A DNA stretch of 49,978 nucleotides from Welwitschia mirabilis (lineage: Eukaryota). The notes under the pieces were generated by a model. That model worked only from the letters and a program-made list of their open reading frames with translations. It was not told the origin of the DNA and did not search any database. The translations under genes and the position numbers were made by a program. Of this stretch, positions 1 to 10,837 are shown in pieces. The stretch's first letter is position 1. Every line of letters starts with the position of its first letter. Where the stretch lies: assembly GCA_051453625.1 (NCBI GenBank), contig JBOZIK010000001.1, forward strand, positions 5,293,456 through 5,343,433, given 5' to 3'.

Positions 1-514
1 TCCCTAAGCTGGATCCTTCCTTTGTTCATTGTTTCTTCTTTGGAGGGAGTGAAGGACCAACTTCTTCTGAAAGGATGTTCATCTTTTTGAGAGAATTTAA
101 CCCAAAAGGTTTGGAATCTTAAGAAGCTCTTCATCCTTTCGAATAGCAAAATCATGATTTTCTAAGATAGCTGTAATCAATCGCCCAAGGCAAGCTACTA
201 TGTCCAGCAGGTATAAACTGACTCATATAGGACATAATAAATTTACACAAGTTTATACGAACACCTGTGCCAAGACAAAGCAAAATGTATGCACATATTG
301 GAGACACCTCATCCTTGTGACCAAGCTTAGGTACAAGATTATGAGTAGAAATTTGAAATAGCACTCTGTAGAAAGAAGTCAGTCTGTTTGTGGGCAAATT
401 CGCATGCCAAGGAAAAGAAGTCACACAAAGTTCTGATGTTAAGACATCCAAAGAAACTGCTTCCTTTGAAGAGCTGTGCCTGCTTCCTGTGGTTTTTCCC
501 AAAAGGGTTTCCAT
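1..514 (-). pseudogene. Fragment of Sirevirus env-like (ORF after pol) gene
   Basis: ORF 152-514 (STHNLVPKLGHKDEVSPICAYILLCLGTGVRINLCKFIMSYMSQF...SSLPW) is clearly homologous to the post-pol ORF at 14991-15300 (HNIVPKLGHKDEVSLACAYIMYCIGQGVRFNLCKFILTYMSQF...ASLPF). Confidence 0.85.
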
Positions 515-755
515 GTAAATCTATGTGTGTTATTCTCGTGCTTGCTGTTTCAGTTTTTTTAGTATTGTTTTACAATAAAGATTCGTAACATTTACTGGCA
601 TTGTTTCCCTTGATTGTGACATGATTTATTATCTTCACACCCTTTAAAAGCTTAAGGAGATCAGTAAAGGATGAGTTGCATTATCTAGGATTTTGAAAAT
701 ACTGTGATTGATTTTCAGTTGAGATGATTTTCTGACAGAATTTGACAACTTTCAG

Positions 756-839
756 GTGATAATTTGAAGCAGCCTCTGCAGAGACCTAAAAGTAAAGCTT
801 CAAGCGAGGATCCAGCAGGCGTTGAGGAGGGTCATTATG
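756..839 (+). CDS. Repeated exon 1 of MEB-like gene (84 nt, phase 1-1): (G)DNLKQPLQRPKSKASSEDPAGVEEGHY
   Basis: ttcAG acceptor at 754-755, GTaggt donor at 840, length a multiple of 3, no stop, ctgac branch-point-like motif at 732-736. Confidence 0.8.
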
Positions 840-1240
840 GTAGGTCAGAATTGTTTGTTCTCTAGGGAAATAGCTACGGCTTGTAGGTGCCTGAAACACA
901 GAAATCCACAAAAAAGGAAGCGATTTTCAAAATGAGTTCTGGGATATGAAATGTTTTTACATAACGTGTTGAAAATGGGCAATGAACATAGAGGGCTATG
1001 TTGCTTTCAAAATTTTCACTCTCAGTGTTGATGTCTACTTCAATTATTTTTACATTGTCATTCTTCTAATATTTGTAATGGCATTGTTTTATTGTATTGT
1101 AACATGATTATATTTCTTCATGTCCCCTTTAAAAGTTGTAAGGAGATTAGTAAAAGATGAGCTGCATCATATGTAATTCTGAAAACAGTGTCATTGATTT
1201 TCAGGTGACATGATTACTGACAGATTTTGACAACTGTCAG

Positions 1241-1330
1241 GTGATAATTTGAAGCAACCTCATCTGGGACCTAAAGCTGAAGCTTCAGGAAAGGATCCAA
1301 CAGAAGATGACTTTGTGGGTCATAATTATG
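1241..1330 (+). CDS. Repeated exon 2 (90 nt, phase 1-1): (G)DNLKQPHLGPKAEASGKDPTEDDFVGHNY
   Basis: gtcAG acceptor at 1239-1240, GTaagc donor at 1331, open frame. Confidence 0.8.
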
Positions 1331-1736
1331 GTAAGCATGCATTCTTTGTTCTCAAGGGATATAGCTATAGACCACAAGTTTCTGAAGCACAGAAAATCTT
1401 CAGACTAAGGAAATGATTTTCCAAACAAGTTTTGGGATGTGAAGTGATGTAACAAAACATGCTGAAAATGTACAATAAACATGCAAAACTATATTGCTTT
1501 CAAGATTTCTGCCACTAAAGTGTTGATTCTTGCACCAGTTAATTTTATCTTGTCATTTTTTAAATATTTGTAATGATACTGTTTGAATAGATGGTGGTGT
1601 GATTTTATATCTTCATCTACCCTTGAAAAGCTTAAGGAGATCAGTAAAGGATGAGTTGCATCATGTGTGATTTTGAAAACAACATGATTGATTTTTGGGT
1701 GATATCATTTACTGAAAGATGTTTGACAACTTTCAG

Positions 1737-1826
1737 GTTATAATTTGAAGCGACGTCTGCAGGGACCTAAAACTGAAGCTTCAGTAGAGGATCCAACAGG
1801 AAGTGATTTTGAGGGTTATTCTCAAG
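1737..1826 (+). CDS. Repeated exon 3 (90 nt, phase 1-1): (G)YNLKRRLQGPKTEASVEDPTGSDFEGYSQ
   Basis: ttcAG acceptor at 1735-1736, GTaggt donor at 1827, open frame. Confidence 0.8.
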
Positions 1827-2219
1827 GTAGGTCAGAATGGTTAGTTCTTTAAGGAAATAGCTACAGACCACAAGTTCCTGAGACACAGAATCTACAAGCA
1901 AGGAAATTATTCTCCAAATGAGTTTTGGGAAGTGTTTCTATGAAATATGCTTAAAATGTGCAAGGAACAGAAAATGCTGTGTTGCTTTCAAAATTTTCAC
2001 TTTTAGAGAATTGATTTTTATGTCAATTATTGTTATCTTATCATTGTTTAATATATGTAGTGGCAATATTGTAATGTATTGTGGCACGATATTATATCTT
2101 CATGTATCCTTTACATGCTTAAGTAGATCATTAAAGGATGAGTTGCATCATCTGTAATTTCGAAAACTGTCATTCATTTTCAGATGATATGATTACTAAC
2201 AGATTTTGACAACTTTTAG

Positions 2220-2309
2220 GTGATAACTTGAGGCGACCCATGCTGGAATCTAGTACTGAAGCTTCAGGAGGGGACCTAACAAGAGATGATATTGTGGTTC
2301 ATGCTCATG
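2220..2309 (+). CDS. Repeated exon 4 (90 nt, phase 1-1): (G)DNLRRPMLESSTEASGGDLTRDDIVVHAH
   Basis: tttAG acceptor at 2218-2219, GTacgt donor at 2310, open frame. Confidence 0.8.
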
Positions 2310-2704
2310 GTACGTCAGAATTGTTAGTTCTCAAGCAAAATAGCTACACTGCAATTTTGTGAAAAATAGAAATCTTTGAAGGAAATGGTTTTCCAAACAA
2401 GCTTTTGGAGGTGAACTGTTTTTATGAAACATGCTGAAAATGTCTGATAAACATACAAAACTATATGCTTTCCAAATTTCCACTGTTAAAGTTTTGATTC
2501 TTATACCAATTATTTTTATTTTGTGATCTTCTTTATATTTATAATGGCATTGTTTTAACATATTGTGGCATGATGTTACATCTTCATGTACCCTTTAAAA
2601 ACTTAAGGAGCACAATAAAAGATGAGTTGCGTTATGTGTGATTTTGGAAAGAGTTATTGATTTTCAGGTGATATAATTTACTCATAGATTTTGTCAATTT
2701 TCAG

Positions 2705-2794
2705 TTGATAATTTGAAGCGACCTCTGCTGGGATCCAAAACTGAAGCTTCAGATGGGGATCCAAAAGGAGATGATTTCGAGGGTCATGGTTATG
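2705..2794 (+). CDS. Repeated exon 5 (90 nt, phase 1-1): (V)DNLKRPLLGSKTEASDGDPKGDDFEGHGY
   Basis: ttcAG acceptor at 2703-2704, GTaggt donor at 2795, open frame. Confidence 0.8.
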
Positions 2795-3386
2795 GTAGGT
2801 CAGAATTGCTAGACGTATAGGAAAATAGCTACAGTGCAAGTTTTCTAAAACACATAAATATATAAACAAAGAGATGATTTCCTAATGTGTTTTGCAATGC
2901 AGACGTTTTTACGAAAATGTTGAAAATGTGCAACAAACATACAAAACCTCTGTTTTCGAAATTTTCTCTATTATAATGTTAATTTTTATTTTTTTGTCTT
3001 GTCATTCTGTTAATGTTATTAATTGTATTGTCACATTCTTTAAATGTTAAGTTGTTTTCTTAGAATTTTGGGTTTATGAGGCAAGTTGTGGTTTCAAATA
3101 CTCAAAAGGCATGATTCTTTTTGCTAGGAAACAAGTCTGTCTTAAATGAATGTGGTGAATTACTATAATTAGAAAGCTCCATTTTATCCAAAGAACTTTT
3201 ACATATAATATTAAATTTTACAATAATAAATGAAATGCTTTAACTATGCTACTTCAATATAGTCAAATGGGACTTACATCTTTCTTTTCTTTGACTTCAT
3301 TTATATACTTTAGAAATATTTAGAATCCATTTTATTTGGATTTTGAGCAACCACCATTAATTTTGTATCATATTTGTTCTTAACAG

Positions 3387-3602
3387 AGAAAAGTCATAAT
3401 TATGTTGACAGAGGACAAGTAACTGATTTTCAACCAGTTAGTAACCTCAACACTGTTGCAAGTTATACAACTGTTGTGGGAAAAAGTCCAGAAGCAAAAA
3501 TAGAATGGAACATTCTAAAGAGCATTGTGTATGGGGGTCTGTCTATAACAATAGCTAATCTTGGGGTTGTGTCTTCGGCAGCAGGTGCAGATGCAAAAGC
3601 TA
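3387..3602 (+). CDS. MEBL: Exon of membrane protein of ER body-like protein (VIT1/CCC1 family metal transporter), start of the VIT domain
   Basis: aacAG acceptor at 3385-3386, GTgagt donor at 3603, 216 nt, phase 1-1 and so in frame with the repeated exons. Encodes EWNILKSIVYGGLSITIANLGVVSSAAGADAKA, matching the (L/W)xILKSIVYGGL...LGVVSSAA signature of plant MEB1/MEB2/MEBL proteins. Confidence 0.85.
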
Positions 3603-3984
3603 GTGAGTTCTTCTAAGGCTATAATGTTAATATTCTATTCTATTCTATTCTATTTTTGCACTATGAATGTAAAGCTTTGCTACACAATATTTCACTGCAA
3701 TTTGAATGTAGGAGTTACTGTAATGAACCGCTTTTAGAAGCAAACATTTTCTTAGGGAATTAACTTAGATAATATATATCAATGATTACTTCAAATTTTT
3801 AACAAATCGCATATTAGTTTTCACATGCTCGAAAGTACTGATTCACCTATTTGCTAAGGTGAAAAAAAATATATTTCTAGTTTTTGTACAAAACAGACAT
3901 TGCTTCAGTGATTAATGGTACTTTTGTGAAAACTCAATGTGCGATAGTCTTTGATGTTTTTGCAGACCACATCTGGAAGATCTA

Positions 3985-4619
3985 GGAGAAAATACAAAAC
4001 CACCTATACTTCACATGTGTGACAATCCAAGTGCTATAAGGCTAATCAGAAATCAATTATTNNNNNNNNNNCCCAATACATAAAGGATTCCTGGAACCAA
4101 AATACATGGATTTGGAAGAACAGACTGCGGATGGACTAACCAAAACACTTTCAAAAGAAACATTCCTTAAGCTCATAAACACAGTTCAACTTGTACCAAA
4201 ACACTTGACCTGTGATGGAACTATAAGAAAAAAAGAAGATGAAGTTGTTCTATTGAGAGAGTGTTTTAGGCAAAACTACTGCAGCAAGATTTGAATGAAA
4301 CCAGAAGAGGAAGTCCCACCTATGGATCGTGTATAAGACAAGCACTGTTTTCACATGCAATACATACAATTAGGAACCAGCTATAATAGTAAATCTTGTA
4401 GTTAAATAACTAAGCTATTTATCAAGAGTCACATCTTTAATAATTGTGATCCTTTATGTTAGGTAATGGGGTAAAATAATTTCGTTTTGTATTTATTCAT
4501 TCACTCATTAATTTATCATTTTAGTATTGTATTAAAATATTTTACATCCTTTAGAATTATTACCCTTTTCTATTTTGTAGTTTCCATTTCTTCTTCAAAT
4601 TGTCGTAGCTGTCCTATCA
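3985..4619 (+). mobile_element. Copia 3' fragment: RNase H end plus possible short LTR (~4262-4619)
   Basis: Translates to ...CDNPSAIRLIRN (4017-4056) and EEQTADGLTKTLSKETF (4115-4165), which are Copia RNase H motifs. A purine run followed by TG occurs near 4255-4263. LTR limits are tentative. Confidence 0.55.
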
Positions 4620-4639
4620 AGAACTGAAACCAAAGAGAT

Positions 4640-7450
4640 CCTTTGAAAAACTAAAATCAACACTGATATGCATAGCTTACCCCTTCTAAAAGTAATCCCT
4701 CTTGTACATGATAATGCTCATGGATTTTACAGAAGTCCTAGGGTTGTTTGGTCCCCTCCCAATCTCATTGAAATTCTAGCCTTCAGCATATAAGAAACAC
4801 AGTGCTCGAAACCATTAGTCTCACTGAGAGTCCTCATGTAGAATCTGCTGCATGGTGCATTGACTACTTGATTCATTGGTTGCTGTCTTCTTATGCATGC
4901 TAACAAAGTTATACTCCTGTAATTTCTCTTCTATTTGGCATTCAATTATCTTGCTGATTTAAATGTTGTAGGGCCTTGTGACCAGCAAATAAAATGAATT
5001 CCTTATTTATTAACTGGTGTCTCCATCGTTTTAACGTCTGCAAAAATTGCAAAGAGTTTGTTCTCATAAGTGGATTGCTTGCATTTGGCTTCATTAAACT
5101 TTCCACTAAAGAAGGAAATTGGGTTTCCTTCTTGACTATGTACTCATATGGCATCTCCACATGGATCACACTCAAAGTTGAAATGAAAGATCAAAGCTAG
5201 GCAAATCTAACACTAGTCTTCTTTCTATTTTCTCTTTTAGTAATCTAAAACTCTAATCAGCTTGCTTTTTTCATACAAATACCTTGTCATTCTTGAGTAA
5301 ATCGAACATGTGAGCAACAATCTTTGAGAAATCCTTGATGAACCTTTTGTAGAGTGATTCAAATCCATGGAGCATTCTAACCTACCCAGCGTTTTGAGTT
5401 GTGGGCCAATTGATTAGTACTTCTTCCACTTTGTTAGCATCCATTTTTGCTCCTTCCTTGAACACACCCATTCCCAAAAAACACTAGTTCACTTTTTCCA
5501 AAGTTGCATTTCCTTTTATTTGCACACATTTTTTCCCTTAATTTCTTCAATGTCTGTCTTAAATGCTCTAGGTATGCTACCTAAGATTTGCTGATTACAA
5601 GAGTGTCATTAAAATAAACTACAACAAACTTACCAGCTACTCTCTTAGTATTTCATTCATCATTCTCATGCAACTGTTGGGTACATTTGTTAAACCAAAG
5701 GGCATCACCCTCCATTCATAGAGACCTTTTGGCATTTTGAATGTTGTCTTCCACTCATCTCCCCTTAATCTGATTTAATAGGACGTAGATTTTAAGTAAA
5801 TTTTTTTACTGAAAATGAATGAACCACTAAGGCTATTTAATATGTTGTCCATTTGGGCATATGGCATTGGTATCTAATATGTATCTTATAATGGTTCTAG
5901 CATCCACACATATCCTTAACTTGGGGTTGTCTATCTCTGGGGCAAGAATAATTGGAATGGACCAAAGTATGAGGCTCGACTAAATTACATCATTCTCTTG
6001 GATTTGTCTTGCTATCTTTGCTCTCTTTGGTCCCTATATGATAAGGTAGTTTGTTTGGTAATAAAGCTCCGGGAATAAGAACAATCTGATGGGAAATGGC
6101 TTTTTGAGGATGAAGCCCTAAATGTAATGTTATCATCAAGATAATACTAAAACTATCAACCAAAGAAGTTACTTAGCTCGAACATTCTTCTTTCTTTATT
6201 CCTCACTTGTACTAGGCTACATAAGAACTGTCTTAACAAGTAATAAGTTTTGACCTTTTCTGTGGCTAGTATGTCCTACACTGATAGCAATTTGAAAGTT
6301 TTAGTTTTATGGGAAATGAGGCACATATTATTCTTCCTATTCTGTTGGCAATTTGTGTCTTAAGTCTTCCCAACAAAGCATTACAAGCATCCATTCTTTA
6401 AAATGTCAGATAAAATAACATCTTTATTGCCATGCATTTTAAGTTTCACAAGGCATTATTCATTCACGTTAGGATGAGCTTGTTCATTGATCCATGACAC
6501 TATGTATGGATTTGGATTAGGGTTGGTCTTCAACATTAATATTCGATGGTACTAGAAACAACGTTTTCATTGTTACCATTCTAAATTACTACATTGAAGA
6601 CCTTGTTGAGGTCATCTAAACTCTTTATGATGTTTCTAACTATATGGTTCTCTAATGTTGGATCTTCTTATATGGGTCATTAATGAGTACCTCCTTCAAA
6701 AGAAACTTTGCTGGTCCTTTTCATTCAACATTTGCCCTCATTGGTGATTGGGTTTCCATCAACTCCTCTTTGGTGTGAGGTTTCATCCTGACCATAATAC
6801 ATGGTCTTTCTATTTTAAAAACAATCAAACATTTCATGATTCCAACCTCAACATTGATAACATTTGACGTCTTTGTGCCCTCTATCTTCCTCTCTTCCTC
6901 CATAGGCCCTCAACATTTGTCACATTTCAAAGTTTGTAATTGATCACCTTCTGAAGGGAAACCTTTCGTTGCATATCCCTTGCGAAAAAGCTTTTTTCTC
7001 CTCAATATGCTCTTCTATCCTTAAGGCAAATTGTAAGTCTTATCCAAGCTTTTTGGTAATGTTAGTCCCAATTTGTGTTGTATGTTCGTTCTTAAGCCAC
7101 GCAAGAAATTTGCAAATTTTTCATTTGGGGTCCTCAAGAGTTAGCTTTCACAACACATTAAGGAATTCTTTGATGTAATCCTCGACACTTATCTTCTTGT
7201 CTCAAAGAAACGTCGAATGACCCTTAACCACTCTCTGAATTTGCCTCATTCAAATTCTCCTTCAGAAAAGGACACCATCACCATAGGTTGCATGAGAGCA
7301 TTCCTAATTCTTTTTATACAATTCTTTTTATACAAATCAACTATGTACATATTTCCTCTTTAACACCATACTGTGTAGTGTTGTGAAATATAGGCTCTTC
7401 CTCATCCTATTCTTACACATCTAAACAATTTGGAATTTGCAATTTCTATT
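4640..7450 (-). mobile_element. Degenerate Ty3/Gypsy gag-pol, CRM (centromeric chromovirus)-like
   Basis: Minus-strand remnants: [28 protein letters not shown] (RT, ~5685-5765), PNPYIVSWI...DACNALLGR (protease region, ~6305-6520), EFILFAGHKALQHL (RNase H), SVEDYIKEF (gag). Many stops and frameshifts. Confidence 0.8.
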
Positions 7451-9758
7451 TTGTGGTCACTTTTTTCTTTAGGTTGGCCATAGTACTCTTTTTTATGAGG
7501 CATTATCTTTTCCTAAATTTGGCTCTGTTATTAAGTAATTTAAGCAACAACAACTTTTGTTGTAATTGGTATCATTGTGAACCCTTAGTTTTGTTCTTCC
7601 ACTGCTCTTGGTCTTTTTTCCCGAAATTAGGAAAATGAAAACATCTATTCATCTATATGAAAAATTTATGTTTATTTGATGAAGAGGAGTTTGAAAAAAG
7701 CTTCACCAATGATTTAAACTAATAACAGTGATAGTTTGACGAATTTGGAAAAGCTGAAAGCCAAGAATCATTCACCAAGAATCTATCAATTTTTCAAAAA
7801 TTAAATTCTCTATAGTAAAGTTTTTCCAAGGAATCTCCATCAACTCACAACAATCTAAACCTTTTTTGAAAATTGTTATTTTTGTTGAAGACCAAAAATT
7901 CCCAGTAATTTTTCATATTCATGAAGAACAGCATTAAAACCACCACTAATCAAAAGGGAGTTTGAAAATCTTGAAATTTTTTAATGTAAGAAGTCTAAAA
8001 ATCTTTCATTTTACCAAGAGGTGAAGAACAATAGACAGTAACCAAAATTAATGAAACATTTTCTACATGAAATCTGGAAGCAATACTAAACTAATTATAC
8101 CAAACAGTGTTACTATGTTCATAGTGAGTTCGCTGGAAGTCACTAGGTTTTATGTTAGAGGGCCTTTGCAAGTCTAAAGGCACAAACTTGCCAACATGAG
8201 TCCAAGGGTTGCAAATGCCTGTCCAGAAAACAAAAAAACACATCATTAAAATTAAAAAAAAAAAGAAAAAACAGTGGACCAAAATCATAAATGAAAAATC
8301 CAATCGTTTAGTCTTTGCTTGTACACATAAAAGCATCAAACCGTGTTTAGCACTGAGCTGTGACTCCATTTTCACAATAGGAAAGGTTTAAAAAAGAGGC
8401 AATAGTGAAATTATATCTGTTGGCTAAGCAAGTTGCTATTTCTGTCTAGTTTTATTGTAATTTGGTTAATTTTTCAATGAAACTAGCTTTGATTTTTCCT
8501 ACATTGAAATGAGATAAAATTTAATACCTATGATCATCATTTTATAGTAAAATATTGATTTATTGATATTTTGTTAACATTTTTGCTGAGAAACAGTTGC
8601 CTTTTTTTCTTTTTTAGTGTGGAGATGATCTTAACACTTGGCAATAAAGTGATAGCAGTAAAGTGATAAATCATCATTTTATTCTTTTATTCCCTTTCCA
8701 TTAGGTGTTCTCAATAGGAAAGACATTTCAATTAGTATAAAATAGGAAAAATAGTTGACTGATTCAAGAAATGTCATTTCCCAATATCTCCTTTTATTCA
8801 TGTTAGACTTAGTTTTTGTTTTTTCACAGTCATATAGTGAAACTTTGCAAACTTGATCTTCCAACAGGTAGAGTAGCAATACTTTAAGAACTCAAGTTCT
8901 CAAAGTAATGCCACCAACAAGAAAAACTGCAAAAGCCTCAAAGTGAAGGGAAACAATCTATTCAAGTTCAAGGATTAAAAGGAAAACTTAATCAATGAGA
9001 ATAAGGTATCTGAATACATTTGTTAATTCATAAGAAGACGATTTGAGGAGATATGCAAAATTCAAATAATGCACCATTGAATCAAAAGGTCACTCTATGT
9101 ATTTCTCTTTTGTGGTGGTCATATGCATCGAGGTATTTATAGGTTTAACTTTCATCTTGTATGGGTCACTTAAAGAGAGATGATCCCTTGCCGCCATGTC
9201 CTTAACAGAGTCGGACAACCAACATAATTTTAATTAGAAGAATTTTATAGGAAAAAGAAGAAAAAAGAGGGACAATTTGACACAAGTAGAGGGCAAGGCA
9301 TGTGGTAATACCTTTGCTTGTGAGTTGGCATAGGAGGTTAAGGACTTGACACAAACCAAGAAGTAGCAGGAAAGCCAAGCTATGATTTTTCCTCATGAAT
9401 AGAAAGGTAACTTTCTATGATTTCATTCAACATTTCAACATATTTTAAGCCTATATCTTGGATTGGTAAGTGACTTGTAATTCTCAAGTTCTCATCTTCT
9501 TTTACATTATAGAAATTTAGTTCCTTTAGTAAAATTTTCAATCTCAATTTGTCGCAGGTCATGGAGCCCAACAAGGTAGTGAGGGGATGAGATGAATTTG
9601 TGATTAAGCAGACCAAAAGGTAGCAAATGCCTTCTATCAATGCGACATCCATTTCAACGTGACAATAACTCTACATTGTAAGGTCATGATGCAAGTTATT
9701 TCTACCACAAAAGGTAACTATAACGGTCCTACATATTAGAAACTTCATGGCAAGTTAG

Positions 9759-10766
9759 TGTTGCAAAGATGTCAGAGATAGGTAAGTTTCAATGATGAAC
9801 ACCTAGTAGCCCTTACAAATACTAAAACCAAGGAGCAATTTATATTGGGACGTCTGACCATTCCTAGTAGGATGTCTGGGCCAGTCTACAAAATAAGCAG
9901 AATGTAGATTTCAAAGTGGGATGTTCGACAGATTAGTCTGGGACGTTCAGTGTACACACTTGTAATTTCTCACGGCCAAAATACGGGACATCCAAATTTT
10001 TTTATCTGGAACATCCGAGTGTTTTTCACGTCAAAAAAGTGGGATGTCCGACCTTCATCTTGGGACATCTGGGTGGTTCCTACGTCAAAAATGTGGGACA
10101 TCTAGCCTTATGTGGGACGTCCGACCAGATGAACGTTATAGCAGAACTAAAGATCCGTTGACCTGCCTAGCACGTTTTTCTAATGCAAAAATGGATCTCT
10201 GTTGGTCTGCAATTTCCTTTCCTATGATCTCACCTTGCAAGATAGATTACAACAGCTATATTGAAGAAAGAAGCTTAAGTAGAAGACTCTAGTACAGATC
10301 TAAGTTACTGGTTCTAACATTGTATAATCTTGTGTTCAAAAAGAATCATTTTGAGCTAAATTGGCTATAATGTTTCTTGTGTACTCCTTGTTGTTGATGT
10401 ATTGTGCACTGTTAAGGCACCTTCCCATTAGATTTACTCTCTCTCAAAAGCTTCCACTCTGATTGCTCACTGGGTTGAGCTCTATTGTATTATCTTGCCT
10501 TTTTTCTTGAAGTGAAGAAGAAAAAGGAGGAGGTTGTGAAGATCTATTGTGCTAATAGAACCAGGAGGTTGATAACAGTTGCTGCACTCTGAGAGTGGAG
10601 TAGGCGAGTTGCCGAACTATTATAAATAGTGGTGTCTCTTTATCTCACATTTCAGTCTGATGATATTTTATTATTGATTACTTGCTAAGAAGGATTTTTA
10701 GGCTATATGCGACTAAATTTTTAAACTCTATTCACCCTCCATCTAGAGCTTATTTCGCTCCTAACA
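9759..10766 (+). repeat. 5' LTR of Sirevirus copy 1
   Basis: TGTTGCAAA...CCTAACA. Direct repeat of 15982-17021, with clustered GGACGTCC-derived palindromes and a C-rich end (ctattcaccctccatctagag). Confidence 0.95.
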
Positions 10767-10768
10767 AT

Positions 10769-10780
10769 TGGTATCAGAGC
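10769..10780 (+). other. Primer binding site (initiator tRNA-Met)
   Basis: TGGTATCAGAGC, 2 nt after the LTR end. Confidence 0.95.
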
Positions 10781-10837
10781 CTGGTTGCTCTAGATTAGTT
10801 TCCTTTTCTTTTTGGTGTTTGTTTCAGATTTACAAGG

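Larger units (their letters stand above)
590..3040 (+). repeat. Tandem array of five ~485-bp exon+intron units
   Basis: Recurring blocks (taaaggatgagttgcat, ttgacaactttcag|gtgataatttgaagc, gaagcttca, aaatagctac). Exon starts at 756, 1241, 1737, 2220 and 2705 give periods of 485, 496, 483 and 485 bp. Outer boundaries are approximate. Confidence 0.95.

Noticed and set aside
1918-2869. Short ORFs 1918-2157 (+), 2331-2561 (-) and 2678-2869 (-)
   Set aside because: Intronic or antisense by-products of the repeat units; not conserved as ORFs between units.
590-3040. CRISPR-like or satellite interpretation of the periodic repeats
   Set aside because: The whole ~485-bp unit is homologous (no unique spacers), the context is eukaryotic, and splice signals with open exons explain the pattern.
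3631-3654. (TATTC)4 microsatellite
   Set aside because: Ordinary short intronic repeat.
8610-8670. Candidate next MEBL exon after a polypyrimidine tract and AG at ~8617
   Set aside because: The required phase gives an immediate stop (TG TGG AGA TGA) and there is no NIxALxxANL motif.
7640-9750. Possible additional LTR/TE remnant (a similar unclassified stretch lies at 46810-47780)
   Set aside because: No termini, PBS, PPT or protein motif that I can support.
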